Origin: Rhabdothermincola salaria
Lineage (GTDB): Bacteria; Actinomycetota; Acidimicrobiia; Acidimicrobiales; Acidimicrobilacustridaceae
DNA: 64,000 nt
Direction: 5' to 3'
Assembly: GCF_021246445.1 (NCBI RefSeq)
Contig: NZ_JAJQXW010000001.1
Span: 372,001-436,000, forward strand
Below, piece after piece: positions 54,953-64,000 of this stretch (position 1 is the stretch's first letter; each line of letters starts with the position of its first letter). The notes below the pieces were generated by a model that saw only the letters and a list, made by a program, of their open reading frames with translations, ran no database searches and was not told the DNA's origin. The translations under genes were made by a program, and so were the position numbers.

Positions 54953-56038
54953 ATGCGCGACGAGCTGCTCTCCCCCGACCCGTCACCCGACGACGTCGAG
55001 ATCGAGGACCCCCTCACCCCGGCGGCCACCCTCATCGGCGAGGAAGGGGGCCTGCGGCCCCGCCGCCTCGACGAGTTCGTCGGTCAGCGCGAGCTCAAGG
55101 AGCACCTCGACATCGTCCTCGAGGCCGCCCGCCGCCGGGCCCAGGCCGTCGACCACCTCCTCTTCGCCGGACCTCCGGGGCTGGGCAAGACCACCCTCGC
55201 CGGCATCGTGGCCGCCGAGCTCGGTGTGGGCCTGCACGTCACGTCGGGCCCCGCGCTCGACCGGGCCGGCGACCTCGCCGCCATCCTCACCCGTCTGGGC
55301 GAGGGCGACGTGCTCTTCATCGACGAGATCCACCGCCTCAGCCGCACGGTCGAGGAGGTCATGTACCCGGCCATGGAGGACTACCAGCTCGACATCGTGC
55401 TGGGGAAGGGCCCCGCCGCCCGGTCCATCCGCCTCGACCTGCCCCGCTTCACCCTCATCGGGGCCACCACCCGCACCGGCCTCATCACCGGCCCGCTGCG
55501 CGACCGCTTCGGGCTCGTCGCCCGGCTCGACTACTACGACGCCGGCGAGCTCGAGGACATCGTGATCCGTGCCGCCGGCATCCTCGGCCTCGAGATCGAC
55601 GACGACGGCGCGGCCGAGATCGCCGGGCGGGCCCGGGGCACGCCCCGCATCGCCAACCGGCTCCTGCGCCGGGTGCGCGACTTCGCCGAGGTGCGCAGCC
55701 ACGGGCGCATCGACCGCCACACCGCCCGCGAGGGCCTCTCGTTGTTCGGCGTCGACGACCTCGGCCTCGACAAGGTCGACCGGGCCGTGCTCACCAACCT
55801 GTGCCAGAAGTTCGGGGGCGGCCCGGTGGGGCTGGGCACGCTGGCCATCAGCGTGGGCGAGGCCGAGGAGACGGTCGAGGACGTCTACGAGCCGTTCCTC
55901 ATCCAACAGGGCCTGCTGATGCGCACCCCCCGGGGTCGGGTGGCCACGCCGGCGGCCTGGGCCCACGTGGGCCTCATCGCGCCGCCCTCGGCGCCGCTGA
56001 TGGCAGCCGACCCCCCACCGGACCTCTTCTCGCCCTGA
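54953..56038 (+). CDS. ruvB: Holliday junction branch migration helicase
   Basis: [32 protein letters not shown]. Confidence 0.98.
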   Translation: MRDELLSPDPSPDDVEIEDPLTPAATLIGEEGGLRPRRLDEFVGQRELKEHLDIVLEAARRRAQAVDHLLFAGPPGLGKTTLAGIVAAELGVGLHVTSGPALDRAGDLAAILTRLGEGDVLFIDEIHRLSRTVEEVMYPAMEDYQLDIVLGKGPAARSIRLDLPRFTLIGATTRTGLITGPLRDRFGLVARLDYYDAGELEDIVIRAAGILGLEIDDDGAAEIAGRARGTPRIANRLLRRVRDFAEVRSHGRIDRHTAREGLSLFGVDDLGLDKVDRAVLTNLCQKFGGGPVGLGTLAISVGEAEETVEDVYEPFLIQQGLLMRTPRGRVATPAAWAHVGLIAPPSAPLMAADPPPDLFSP

Positions 56039-56129
56039 CCCGCGGGTCGCCGCCGAGCCGTCCGTCGGCCCGCGTCGAGCGTCGGCGCATCACGAGGCGC
56101 GCCGGGGCCGGCGACTACGGTCCCACGGC

Positions 56130-56876
56130 GTGCGCTGGCGGCCGCCGTACCTCTCGGGCCTCTTCGGCATCTCGGCCATCTGCGGCATCATCGACGCGGC
56201 CTGCTTCATCGCCATGGGCGGGGTGTTCGCCGAGCTCATGACCGGCAACATGGTGCTGCTCGGCTTCCGCCTGGGTACCGGCGAGGACTTCGGCAACGGC
56301 ACGCCGGCGCGGTACCTGGCCGCGCTGGCCTTCTTCGCCCTGGGTGCCCTTCTCGGCGGGCACGTGATGCGGGGGCCGCGGGTCTTCACCGAGCGGCGGT
56401 TCGGGTTCTTCGTGGAGCTGGCGATCCTGGTGGTGGCCACCGTCGTGGCCGTGGTCACCGACCCGGGCCAGACCGGGTGGGATCGCGACGTCGTGGTCGC
56501 CCTGCTGTGCGTGGCCATGGGGCTGCAGAACACCTTGCTGCGCACCCACGGGGTGCCCGACCTCGCCACCAACGTGATGACGCTCACCTTCACCGCCCTC
56601 GTGTCGGACTCGGCGCTCGCCCGGGGCCACAACGAACGCTGGCGGCGGCGGGGTGGGTCCATCGCCTTGTTCATCGTCGGGGCCACCGTCGGCGCCTGGC
56701 TCACCCGGTACGGGGCCTGGCCTCCTCTCGTGCTGGCCACGGCCCTGTTCGCGGCGGTCCTCTGGCCCCTGTTGGCCTCCGACCCTCCGCCGCGCACCCC
56801 GGCCTCCCCGCCCGGCCCCCGTCCCGGTGAGGTCCCGGGCGCCCCCAGCACCCCCGGGCCCCCACACCCCGCCTGA
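56130..56876 (+). CDS. YoaK (DUF1275) family membrane protein
   Basis: GIIDA...FAELMTGN, AMGLQN, TNVMT. Confidence 0.85.
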   Translation: MRWRPPYLSGLFGISAICGIIDAACFIAMGGVFAELMTGNMVLLGFRLGTGEDFGNGTPARYLAALAFFALGALLGGHVMRGPRVFTERRFGFFVELAILVVATVVAVVTDPGQTGWDRDVVVALLCVAMGLQNTLLRTHGVPDLATNVMTLTFTALVSDSALARGHNERWRRRGGSIALFIVGATVGAWLTRYGAWPPLVLATALFAAVLWPLLASDPPPRTPASPPGPRPGEVPGAPSTPGPPHPA

Positions 56877-56882
56877 GGCGCT

Positions 56883-57020
56883 GTCGATGGCGGGCGTCGA
56901 TTGCGGGCGTCGACGGCCGGCGTCGACGGTGGGGTCCCCCTCGGCCGCCGCTCATGCGTCGGGGGTTCGGGGGCTCGGGGGTTCGGGTCGGTGCCGGGTG
57001 GTGCCGGGTGGTGCCGGGTG
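56883..57020 (+). repeat. Compound tandem repeats (13-mer x4, 8-mer x3.5, 10-mer x3)
   Basis: GTCGA-led 13-mers at 56883-56934, TCGGGGGY at 56959-56987, GTGCCGGGTG at 56991-57020. Confidence 0.8.
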
Positions 57021-57049
57021 GTGGTGGCCAGCCCGTAGCCTCGGGCGCC

Positions 57050-58129
57050 GTGGAGACGGCCGCCTTCGACTACGACCTGCCCGAGGCGGCCATCGCCCAG
57101 GAGCCCCTGGCCCGGCGTGACGCGGCCCGGCTCCTGGTCGACCGCGGACCGGGCCGCACCCCCGAGCACCGCCAGGTCGCCGACCTCGCCGAACTCCTCG
57201 ACCCGGGCGACCTGCTCGTGGTGAACACCACCCGGGTGCTCCCCGCCCGGCTGGCCCTGGTCAAACCCACCGGCGGTGCCGCCGAGGTGCTGTTGCTCGA
57301 ACGCCTCGGCGGGCCCACCGACGGGTCTGCCGCCGGTGGCGACGGTGGGGGAGGGGGGTCGCGCTGGGAGGCGTTGGTGCGGCCCAGCCGACGCGTCGCC
57401 CCTGGTTCGGTGCTCCACCCGCCCGACGGCGACGACGAGCTCGAGGTGGAGGTGGGGGAGGACCTCGGCGAGGGACGCCGGATCGTGGAGCTGCGCACCG
57501 TGGGCGACGAGCTCGATGTGCTGGCCCGCCACGGCGCCATGCCTCTGCCGCCCTACATCACCGCTCCGCTGGCCGAGGCCGAGCGCTATCAGACCGTCTA
57601 CGCCGAACGTCCGGCGTCGGCGGCCGCCCCGACCGCGGGCCTGCACCTCACCCCCGAGCTGCTCGAGCGCATTGCCGACAAGGGGGTCGGTCGGGCCGAC
57701 GTCGAGTTGGTGGTGGGGCTGGGCACCTTCCGGCCCATCGCCGTCGACGACGTGCGCGACCACGTCATGCACGCCGAGCACTACCGGGTCCCGGCCGCCA
57801 CCATGGAGGCCTGCACCGCCACCCGGGCTGCGGGCGGGCGGGTGGTGGCCGTGGGCACCACGGCGGTGCGGGCCCTGGAGAGCGCGGCGGCCACCGGCGC
57901 GCTCGTCGGCCGCACCGACCTCTTCATCCACCGGCCCTACCCGTGGCGGGTGGTCGACCGACTGCTCACCAACTTCCACCTGCCCCGCTCGTCGCTGCTG
58001 GTGATGATCGACGCCTTCGTCGGCCCCCGCTGGCGCGACCTGTACGCCACCGCCCTGGCGGACGGCTACCGGTTCCTCTCCTTCGGCGATGCCATGCTCC
58101 TCGACCGCTCGGAAGGGCCCCGTCCGTGA
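57050..58129 (+). CDS. queA: tRNA preQ1(34) S-adenosylmethionine ribosyltransferase-isomerase
   Basis: FDYDLP..AIAQEP, PLPPYI, RYQTVYA, AAPTAGLH, TNFHLPRSSL, RFLSFGDAM. Confidence 0.96.
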   Translation: METAAFDYDLPEAAIAQEPLARRDAARLLVDRGPGRTPEHRQVADLAELLDPGDLLVVNTTRVLPARLALVKPTGGAAEVLLLERLGGPTDGSAAGGDGGGGGSRWEALVRPSRRVAPGSVLHPPDGDDELEVEVGEDLGEGRRIVELRTVGDELDVLARHGAMPLPPYITAPLAEAERYQTVYAERPASAAAPTAGLHLTPELLERIADKGVGRADVELVVGLGTFRPIAVDDVRDHVMHAEHYRVPAATMEACTATRAAGGRVVAVGTTAVRALESAAATGALVGRTDLFIHRPYPWRVVDRLLTNFHLPRSSLLVMIDAFVGPRWRDLYATALADGYRFLSFGDAMLLDRSEGPRP

Positions 58130-59283
58130 CCCCGTCCCCGTCGTCCGCCCCGTTCGTGCCCGACCCGACCGGCCACGTGGTCCGCCTCGACCTCCAGGCC
58201 ACCCACGGCCCGGCGCGGGCCGCCACCGTGCACACGGCCCGGGGTTCGTTCCGCACGCCGTGCTTCATGCCGGTCGGCACCCGAGCCGTGGTGCGGGCGC
58301 TCACCGCCCAGGACCTCGAGGACCTCGGCGCCGAGGTCGTCCTGGCCAACACCTACCACCTGATGCTGCGCCCCGGCGCCGACCTCGTGGCCGAGCTGGG
58401 AGGCCTGCACCGCTTCTCGGGCTGGGACGGGCACGTGCTCACCGACTCCGGCGGGTACCAGGTGTTCTCCCTCGAACCCAAGGTCACCGACGACGGTGCC
58501 ACCTTCGTGTCCACCTACGACGGCAGCCGCCACCACCTCACGCCGGAGAGCTGCGTGGCCATCCAACAACTGCTCGGGGCCGACATCCAGATGGTGCTCG
58601 ACGTGTGCCCGCCGCTGCCCTCGGCCGACTCGGTGGTGCGCTCGGCGGTCGACCGCAGCGCCCTGTGGGCCGGCCGGGCCCGCGCCGCCCACCGGCCGGC
58701 CCGGGAAGAGGGCTCCACCCAGGCGCTCTTCGGGATCGTCCAGGGCGGGGTGGACCCGGCGCTGCGCACCGAGAGCGCCGAGCGCACGGTCGCCCTCGAC
58801 TTCGACGGCTACGGCATCGGCGGGTTGTCGGTGGGCGAGTCCCGAGACGAGATGCTGCCCGCCCTGGCCGCGGCCCTCGCCGGGCTCCCGCCCGACCAGC
58901 CCCGCTACCTCATGGGCGTCGGCGACCCCGTCTCCCTGGTGGAGGCGGTGGCCCTCGGCGTCGACATGTTCGACTGCGTGCTGCCGACCCGGCTGGCGCG
59001 CCACGGCACCATCCTCACCAGCGAGGGGCGGCTCAACCTGCGCAACCTGCGCTGGGCCCGCGATCCGTCGCCGCTGGAGGAAGGGTGCATCTGCCCGGCC
59101 TGCGTGCGGCACTCGAAGGGGTACCTGCGGCACCTGCTGCTGGTGAACGAGCCGACCGCGGCCCGGTTGACGTCGCTGCACAACGTGCACTGGTTGCTGC
59201 GCCTGATGGAGCGGACGCGGGCGGCGATCGTCGACGGGACCCTCGACACCGTGCGCCGAGAGGTGGCCGAGGTCTGGTCGTGA
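58126..59283 (+). CDS. tgt: tRNA-guanine(34) transglycosylase
   Basis: TPCFMPVGT, NTYHL, TDSGGYQ, GGLSVGE, DMFDCV, CxCxxC and HN zinc site. Confidence 0.97.
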   Translation: MTPSPSSAPFVPDPTGHVVRLDLQATHGPARAATVHTARGSFRTPCFMPVGTRAVVRALTAQDLEDLGAEVVLANTYHLMLRPGADLVAELGGLHRFSGWDGHVLTDSGGYQVFSLEPKVTDDGATFVSTYDGSRHHLTPESCVAIQQLLGADIQMVLDVCPPLPSADSVVRSAVDRSALWAGRARAAHRPAREEGSTQALFGIVQGGVDPALRTESAERTVALDFDGYGIGGLSVGESRDEMLPALAAALAGLPPDQPRYLMGVGDPVSLVEAVALGVDMFDCVLPTRLARHGTILTSEGRLNLRNLRWARDPSPLEEGCICPACVRHSKGYLRHLLLVNEPTAARLTSLHNVHWLLRLMERTRAAIVDGTLDTVRREVAEVWS

Positions 59284-59447
59284 CCCGGCGAGCCGGCCGG
59301 GCCGATCGGTGGCCGGGGCCGCCCTCGCGGCGTCCGCGGGACGGGCGAGCGGGCCGCCCCTCCCCGGAGCACTAACCTGAACCGGTTCGCCGGTGGGCCC
59401 CTGGCCCCCTCCGGCCCCCGATCGCACCCGTCTCTCGAACTGAGCCC

Positions 59448-59930
59448 ATGTCCACCATCTTGTTGATCGTCCTCTTCGTGCTGGCCTGGGTGGTGCTGAT
59501 CCTGCCCAAGCAGCGGGAGCTCAAGCGCCACAACGCCCTGGTGGCCTCGCTCGAGGTCGGCGACGAGGTGATGAGCGGCGCGGGCATCTACGGCACCATC
59601 ACCGAGATCGACGGTGACGTCGTGCACCTCGAGGTGGCTCCTGGGCTGGAGCTGAAGGTGGCCCGCCGGGCGGTGGCGTCCAAGGTGGCGACGGTGATCG
59701 ACGTCGACGACGAGGACGACGAGCTGGTCGACGGCGACGGTGTCCTCGAGGCCTGGCCGACCGCCGACGACGAGGACGACGAGGTCGACGACGACGACGA
59801 GGACGACGACGACGAGGACGACGACGACGAGGACGACGACGAAGAGGTCGACGAGATCGAGGTCGAGGTCGTCGAGGTCGAGGTGGTCGACGACGACGCC
59901 GACGGCACCGAACCTCCCGGGCGCCGCTGA
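59448..59930 (+). CDS. yajC: Preprotein translocase subunit YajC with long acidic tail
   Basis: N-terminal TM, SLEVGDEVMSGAGIYGTI; upstream of secD. Confidence 0.92.
   Translation: MSTILLIVLFVLAWVVLILPKQRELKRHNALVASLEVGDEVMSGAGIYGTITEIDGDVVHLEVAPGLELKVARRAVASKVATVIDVDDEDDELVDGDGVLEAWPTADDEDDEVDDDDEDDDDEDDDDEDDDEEVDEIEVEVVEVEVVDDDADGTEPPGRR
59787..59846 (+). repeat. 15-nt coding tandem repeat (DDDDE x3 plus DDDEE)
   Basis: GACGACGACGACGAG repeated in frame in yajC. Confidence 0.85.
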
Positions 59931-59931
59931 G

Positions 59932-61674
59932 GTGCGCCGCTTCAGGGGCTTCGGCTCGCTCATCGTCATCGTCGTGGTGGCCACGTTCGGCCTCGTCTAC
60001 ACCTTCGGGGTCGGCAACAAGCCGCTCCTGGGCCTCGACCTCCAGGGCGGGGTGTCGGTGGTGCTCCAGCCCACCAACGAGGTCACCGAGGAGACCCTCG
60101 AGCAGGCCATCTCGATCATCCGCCAGCGCGTCGACGCCCTCGGCGTGGCCGAGCCCGAGATCACCCGCCAGGGCGACAACATCCTCATCCAGATCCCCGG
60201 CGTCGACGACCGGGACCGGGCCCTGGCCCTGGTGGGCCAGACGGCCGAGCTGCAGTTCCGGCCCGTGCTGGGCGCCATCCCGGCCGGACTCGACCTCGAG
60301 TCGGCACCGACGGACACCCCCGCACCGGGCGACTCCTCCGACACCACGACCGAGGCCCCCGACACCACTGCCCCCGACACCACTGCGCCCGACGCGACCG
60401 ACGAGACCGAGCAGGGGCTCGGGCTGGGCGTGGGCGAGAGCGCCGGCGGCGTCGTGGCCCAGAGCGCGTTCGAGTCGGCCCAGGCCGAGCCGCCGCCCGA
60501 ACCGGCCCCCGACACCACGGCCCCGGCGGCCCCCGAGGGCACCGACACCACGCTCGCCCCCCCGATCGACGCCACCGAGTTGCTCACCGGTGGCCTCCCG
60601 GCCGACGTGTGCACCACCGGCATCCCGTCGAGCGAGCTGCCGCCCGACGAGAACGTCACCCTGCCCCAGTGTGAGGAGGGGGTGCTGGTGGCCACCTACC
60701 AGCTCGGCCCGGTGCTGCTCACCGGCGCCGGCCTCGAGAGCGCGGCGGCCAGCCTCTTCGGCGCCGAGTGGCAGGTGAGCCCGGTGTTCAAGGGTGGTTC
60801 CGAGGGCATCGACGCCTTCAACGGGGCGGCGTCGCAGTGCTTCTCGCAGTCGCCGTCGTGCCCGACCGGCCAGCTCGGCATCGTGCTCGACGGTCGGGTC
60901 ATCTCGGCGCCCACCATCCAGACGCCGACGTTCAGTCGCGACGAGGTGTCCATCACCGGCCAGTTCACCGAGCGCGAGGCCCGCGACCTGGCCACCGCCC
61001 TCAACTACGGCGCCCTGCCCGTCGAGCTCGAGCAGCAGCAGGCCCAGCTGGTCTCGGCCACGCTCGGCCGCGACGCCCTCGAGGCCGGTCTCGTGGCCGG
61101 CGTCGTCGGTCTCGTCCTGGCCAGCGCCTACATGATCACCGTCTACCGGTTCCTCGGCCTCCTGTCCGTGCTGAAGCTGACCGTCGAAGGGGCCCTGCTC
61201 TGGACCGTGATCAGCTACCTCGGCTCCAACAGCGGGCTGGCGCTCACCCTCGCCGGCATCACCGGCATCATCGTGTCCATCGGCGTGTCCTTCGACTCCA
61301 ACGTCGTCTACTACGAGCACCTCAAGGAAGACGTCCGGGCCGGGCGCAGCATCCGCAGCGCCACCGACAAGTCGTTCGTGGCCGCCTTCTCGACCATCGT
61401 CAAGGCCGACGTGGCCTCCCTCATCGGCGCCGGGCTGCTGTGGTGGCTCACCGTCGGCCCCGTTCGGGGCTTCGCCTTCTACCTCGGCATCGCCGGGCTG
61501 CTCGACCTCCTCGCCTCTTGGGCCTTCATGCGCCCCGCGGTCAAGCTGGCCACCAAGTCGTCGTTCCTGCGGGCCCGGCCCGGCCTGCTCGGGTTGCCGG
61601 CCGAGGTGCCGCCCACCGGCGCCCGGCCCACCGACCCCCCAGTCGCCGCCAGCACCGCGGGAGCCGCCCGATGA
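59932..61674 (+). CDS. secD: Protein translocase subunit SecD
   Basis: LGLDLQGG, RQRVDALGVAEP, LNYGALP, DSNVVYYE, GPVRGFA. Confidence 0.96.
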   Translation: MRRFRGFGSLIVIVVVATFGLVYTFGVGNKPLLGLDLQGGVSVVLQPTNEVTEETLEQAISIIRQRVDALGVAEPEITRQGDNILIQIPGVDDRDRALALVGQTAELQFRPVLGAIPAGLDLESAPTDTPAPGDSSDTTTEAPDTTAPDTTAPDATDETEQGLGLGVGESAGGVVAQSAFESAQAEPPPEPAPDTTAPAAPEGTDTTLAPPIDATELLTGGLPADVCTTGIPSSELPPDENVTLPQCEEGVLVATYQLGPVLLTGAGLESAAASLFGAEWQVSPVFKGGSEGIDAFNGAASQCFSQSPSCPTGQLGIVLDGRVISAPTIQTPTFSRDEVSITGQFTEREARDLATALNYGALPVELEQQQAQLVSATLGRDALEAGLVAGVVGLVLASAYMITVYRFLGLLSVLKLTVEGALLWTVISYLGSNSGLALTLAGITGIIVSIGVSFDSNVVYYEHLKEDVRAGRSIRSATDKSFVAAFSTIVKADVASLIGAGLLWWLTVGPVRGFAFYLGIAGLLDLLASWAFMRPAVKLATKSSFLRARPGLLGLPAEVPPTGARPTDPPVAASTAGAAR

Positions 61675-62822
61675 CCGCCTTCGCACGCCTCCTACGGGGC
61701 CAGAGCACCATCGACTTCCCGACGTGGTGGAAGCGGGCGCTGGTCCTCTCGGCTCTGCTGGTGCTGATCTCCATCGGCTCGCTGTTCACCCGTGGCCTCA
61801 GCCTGGGCATCGACTTCGTCGGCGGTGTGTCGTGGGAGGTCCCCGCCCCCGGGGTGTCGGTCTCCGACGCCCGCCAGGCCCTCACCGAGGTCGGCCAGGA
61901 GGGGGCCAAGATCCAGATCGTGGGCGACGACACCCTCCGGGTGCAGGGCCCCGAGATGGACGACGCCGGCGTGGCCTCCGTGCGCGAGGTGCTGGCCGAC
62001 GTGGCGGGCACCGAGGTCGCCGAGGTCAGCGTGTCCACCGTCGGCGCTTCCTGGGGCTCCGACATCACCAACGCCGCGGTGCGGGCCCTCTTCTTCTTCT
62101 TCGCCGCCATCCTGATCTACCTGACGATCCGCCTCGAGTGGCGCATGGCGGTCGCCGCCCTGGTCGCGGTGGCCCACGACGTCCTCATCAGCGTGGGCGT
62201 GTACTCGGTGTTCCAGTTCGACGTCACCCCCGGCACGGTGATCGCCTTCCTCACCATCCTCGGCTACTCGATCTACGACACGATCGTGGTGGACGACAAG
62301 ATCAAGGAGAACGAGCGCCTCGTCGGTCTCAGCGGCCGGATGGACTACACCCAGATGGTCAGCCTCTCCATGAACCAGGTGCTGCTGCGCTCCATCAACA
62401 CCACGATCACCTCGCTGCTGCCGGTCATCTCGCTGCTGGTGGTGGGTGGGGCGATCATGGGGGCTGTCACCCTCCAGGAGTTCGCGCTGGCGCTGTTCGT
62501 CGGTCTCGCTGTCGGCGCCTACTCGTCGATCTTCGTGGCCGCCCCCGCGCTGGTGTGGCTCAAGGAGAAGGAACCGAAGAACCAGACCGTGCGCGAGCGG
62601 CTGGCGGCGTCGGGTGGCGGGGTCTCCGGGGCCGACCCGGACGCTCGGGGCGTGGCCGCCGGCGTCCGCGGGGCCAAGGCCGTGTCCGCCGCCACGACCA
62701 CCTCGACATCCTCCTCCTCGGCCGGCACGCCCTCCTCCTCCGCCGGCACCGGGCGTCCGAAGCCGCCGACGCCCAGCAGCGCCATCCCACCGCGGCCCCG
62801 CAAGAAGACCAAGAAGCGCTGA
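61671..62822 (+). CDS. secF: Protein translocase subunit SecF
   Basis: LGIDFVGG, HDV, GYSIYDTIVVDDKIKEN, RSINT, GAYSSIFVA. Confidence 0.96.
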   Translation: MTAFARLLRGQSTIDFPTWWKRALVLSALLVLISIGSLFTRGLSLGIDFVGGVSWEVPAPGVSVSDARQALTEVGQEGAKIQIVGDDTLRVQGPEMDDAGVASVREVLADVAGTEVAEVSVSTVGASWGSDITNAAVRALFFFFAAILIYLTIRLEWRMAVAALVAVAHDVLISVGVYSVFQFDVTPGTVIAFLTILGYSIYDTIVVDDKIKENERLVGLSGRMDYTQMVSLSMNQVLLRSINTTITSLLPVISLLVVGGAIMGAVTLQEFALALFVGLAVGAYSSIFVAAPALVWLKEKEPKNQTVRERLAASGGGVSGADPDARGVAAGVRGAKAVSAATTTSTSSSSAGTPSSSAGTGRPKPPTPSSAIPPRPRKKTKKR

Positions 62823-62875
62823 GCCAGCCGTCACCGCCGGGCCGGGCTCGTGGGGCCACGCGGTACCGTGGGGGG

Positions 62876-62926
62876 ATGATCGCGCCAGGTCGGCTTCGTC
62901 GTCGGATCGGAAGCGACCGCCGGTGA
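62876..62926 (+). CDS. Candidate leaderless 16-aa upstream ORF (MIAPGRLRRRIGSDRR)
   Basis: TACCGT -10 at 62864-62869, ATG 6 nt later, stop overlaps the apt GTG (GTGA). Confidence 0.4.
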   Translation: MIAPGRLRRRIGSDRR

Positions 62927-63483
62927 CCGACCCGGCGGCCATGGTCAGCGCGCTGGTGCGCGACATCCCCGACTGGCCGCGGCCCGGTGTGGTGTTCCGC
63001 GACATCACCCCGCTGTTGCACGACCCGGAGGCCTTCGGTGCCGTGGTCGACGCGCTCGTCGAGGTCGCCACCGTGCCCGGCCGGCCCGTCACCCGGGTGC
63101 TCGGCGTCGAGGCGCGTGGCTTCGTGTTCGGCGCACCGGTGGCCTACAAGCTCGGCGCCGGCTTCGTGCCCGTGCGCAAGGCCGGCAAGCTGCCCTGGGA
63201 GATCGAGCGTGAGGAGTACGTCCTCGAGTACGGGGTCGACCTCCTCGAGATCCACCGCGACGCCGTGCACCCCGGCGAGCAGGTCGTGATCGTCGATGAC
63301 GTCCTGGCCACCGGCGGCACGGCGGCCGCCACCATCCGCCTCGTCGAGAAGCTCGGCGGGGTGGTCGCGGGGCTGGCCTTCGTGATGGAGATCGAGGGGC
63401 TCGGTGGTCGCCAGGCCCTCGCCGGGCACGACATCGACGTGCTGGCCACCTTCCCGTCGGGCGCCGCTGGAGCGGAGGCCTAG
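62923..63483 (+). CDS. apt: Adenine phosphoribosyltransferase
   Basis: IPDWPRPGVVFRDITPL, EARGF, RKAGKLP, VDDVLATGGT. Alternative start ATG 62941. Confidence 0.96.
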   Translation: MTDPAAMVSALVRDIPDWPRPGVVFRDITPLLHDPEAFGAVVDALVEVATVPGRPVTRVLGVEARGFVFGAPVAYKLGAGFVPVRKAGKLPWEIEREEYVLEYGVDLLEIHRDAVHPGEQVVIVDDVLATGGTAAATIRLVEKLGGVVAGLAFVMEIEGLGGRQALAGHDIDVLATFPSGAAGAEA

Positions 63484-63488
63484 GGGCG

Positions 63489-64000
63489 ATGGCCACCGTG
63501 GACCGCGTGCTGCCGTGGCGTCGCCACAGCGCCCCGCCCATCGAGGAGCTGGCGCCGCTCATCTCCGCGTTCCGCACCAACCACCCCAAGGCGCCCATCG
63601 GCCTGATCACGCGGGCCTACGAGTACGGCAAGGACGCCCACGGCGAACAGACCCGCAAGAGCGGTGAGCCCTACATCACCCACCCGGTGGCGGTGGCCAA
63701 GATCTGCGCCGAGTTCGGTCTCGACGACGTCACCCTGGCCGCCGCCATCCTCCACGACGCCCTCGAGGACACCGGGGCCACCGTCGAGGACCTCGAGGCC
63801 AAGTTCGGGCCGGACGTGGTGCGCATCGTCGACGGCGTCACCAAGCTCGACCGCATCAAGTTCGACTCCAAGGAGGCCCAGCAGGCCGCCACGGTGCGCA
63901 AGATGCTGGTGGCCATGGCCAAGGACCTGCGGGTCCTGATCATCAAGCTGGCCGACCGCCTGCACAACATGCGCACCATCGCCGCCATGCCGGCCTGGAA
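63489..64000 (+). CDS. relA: RelA/SpoT (p)ppGpp synthetase/hydrolase, N-terminal part (runs off the window)
   Basis: Manual translation: RKSGEPYITHP, AAILHDALED (HD), DGVTKL, IKLADRLHNMRT. Confidence 0.95.
   Translation, partial: MATVDRVLPWRRHSAPPIEELAPLISAFRTNHPKAPIGLITRAYEYGKDAHGEQTRKSGEPYITHPVAVAKICAEFGLDDVTLAAAILHDALEDTGATVEDLEAKFGPDVVRIVDGVTKLDRIKFDSKEAQQAATVRKMLVAMAKDLRVLIIKLADRLHNMRTIAAMPAW

Noticed and set aside
51682..55035. 1117-aa minus-strand ORF
   Set aside because: Only the last ~294 codons are a real permease; the rest overlaps the ABC ATPase and ruvC/ruvA in other frames.
56877..57049. preQ1 riboswitch upstream of queA
   Set aside because: No preQ1 consensus or A-rich tail is visible, and queA appears leaderless.

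Overview
High-GC Actinomycetota chromosomal segment. Gene content and order suggest a non-mycolate lineage such as Acidimicrobiia (inference). It is mostly core genome: uvrB/uvrA/uvrC, nadA, rapZ, gap-pgk-tpiA, secG, fabI, npdG, mshC-like, plsC, thrS-HIT, EF-G2, pgsA-patA-pimA, pdxST, yebC, ruvCAB, queA-tgt-yajC-secDF, apt and partial relA. Surface-glycan genes are interleaved with the uvr genes: a dprE2-ubiA-dprE1 polyprenyl-P-arabinose donor operon, two paralogous GT-C-like membrane proteins between uvrB and uvrA, and a compositionally atypical glycan island (10.7-18.2 kb) between uvrA and nadA. The most striking non-coding signal is a structured, apparently switchable leader upstream of nadA whose core (GAGCG-ACAUCCCC-GUGG...CCAC-CGCUC) resembles the NAD+-I (nadA) riboswitch aptamer. 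Other signals: a 48-nt palindromic REP-like family (3 copies), LexA-type boxes at uvrA and ruvC, about 15 leaderless-type promoters, an HtpX-like protein lacking its zinc ligands next to pimA, a leaderless 16-aa uORF coupled to apt, and a tandem-repeat/G-quadruplex block before queA. No rRNA, tRNA, CRISPR array, transposase or integrase was seen. All calls are by eye from motifs; no database search was run.
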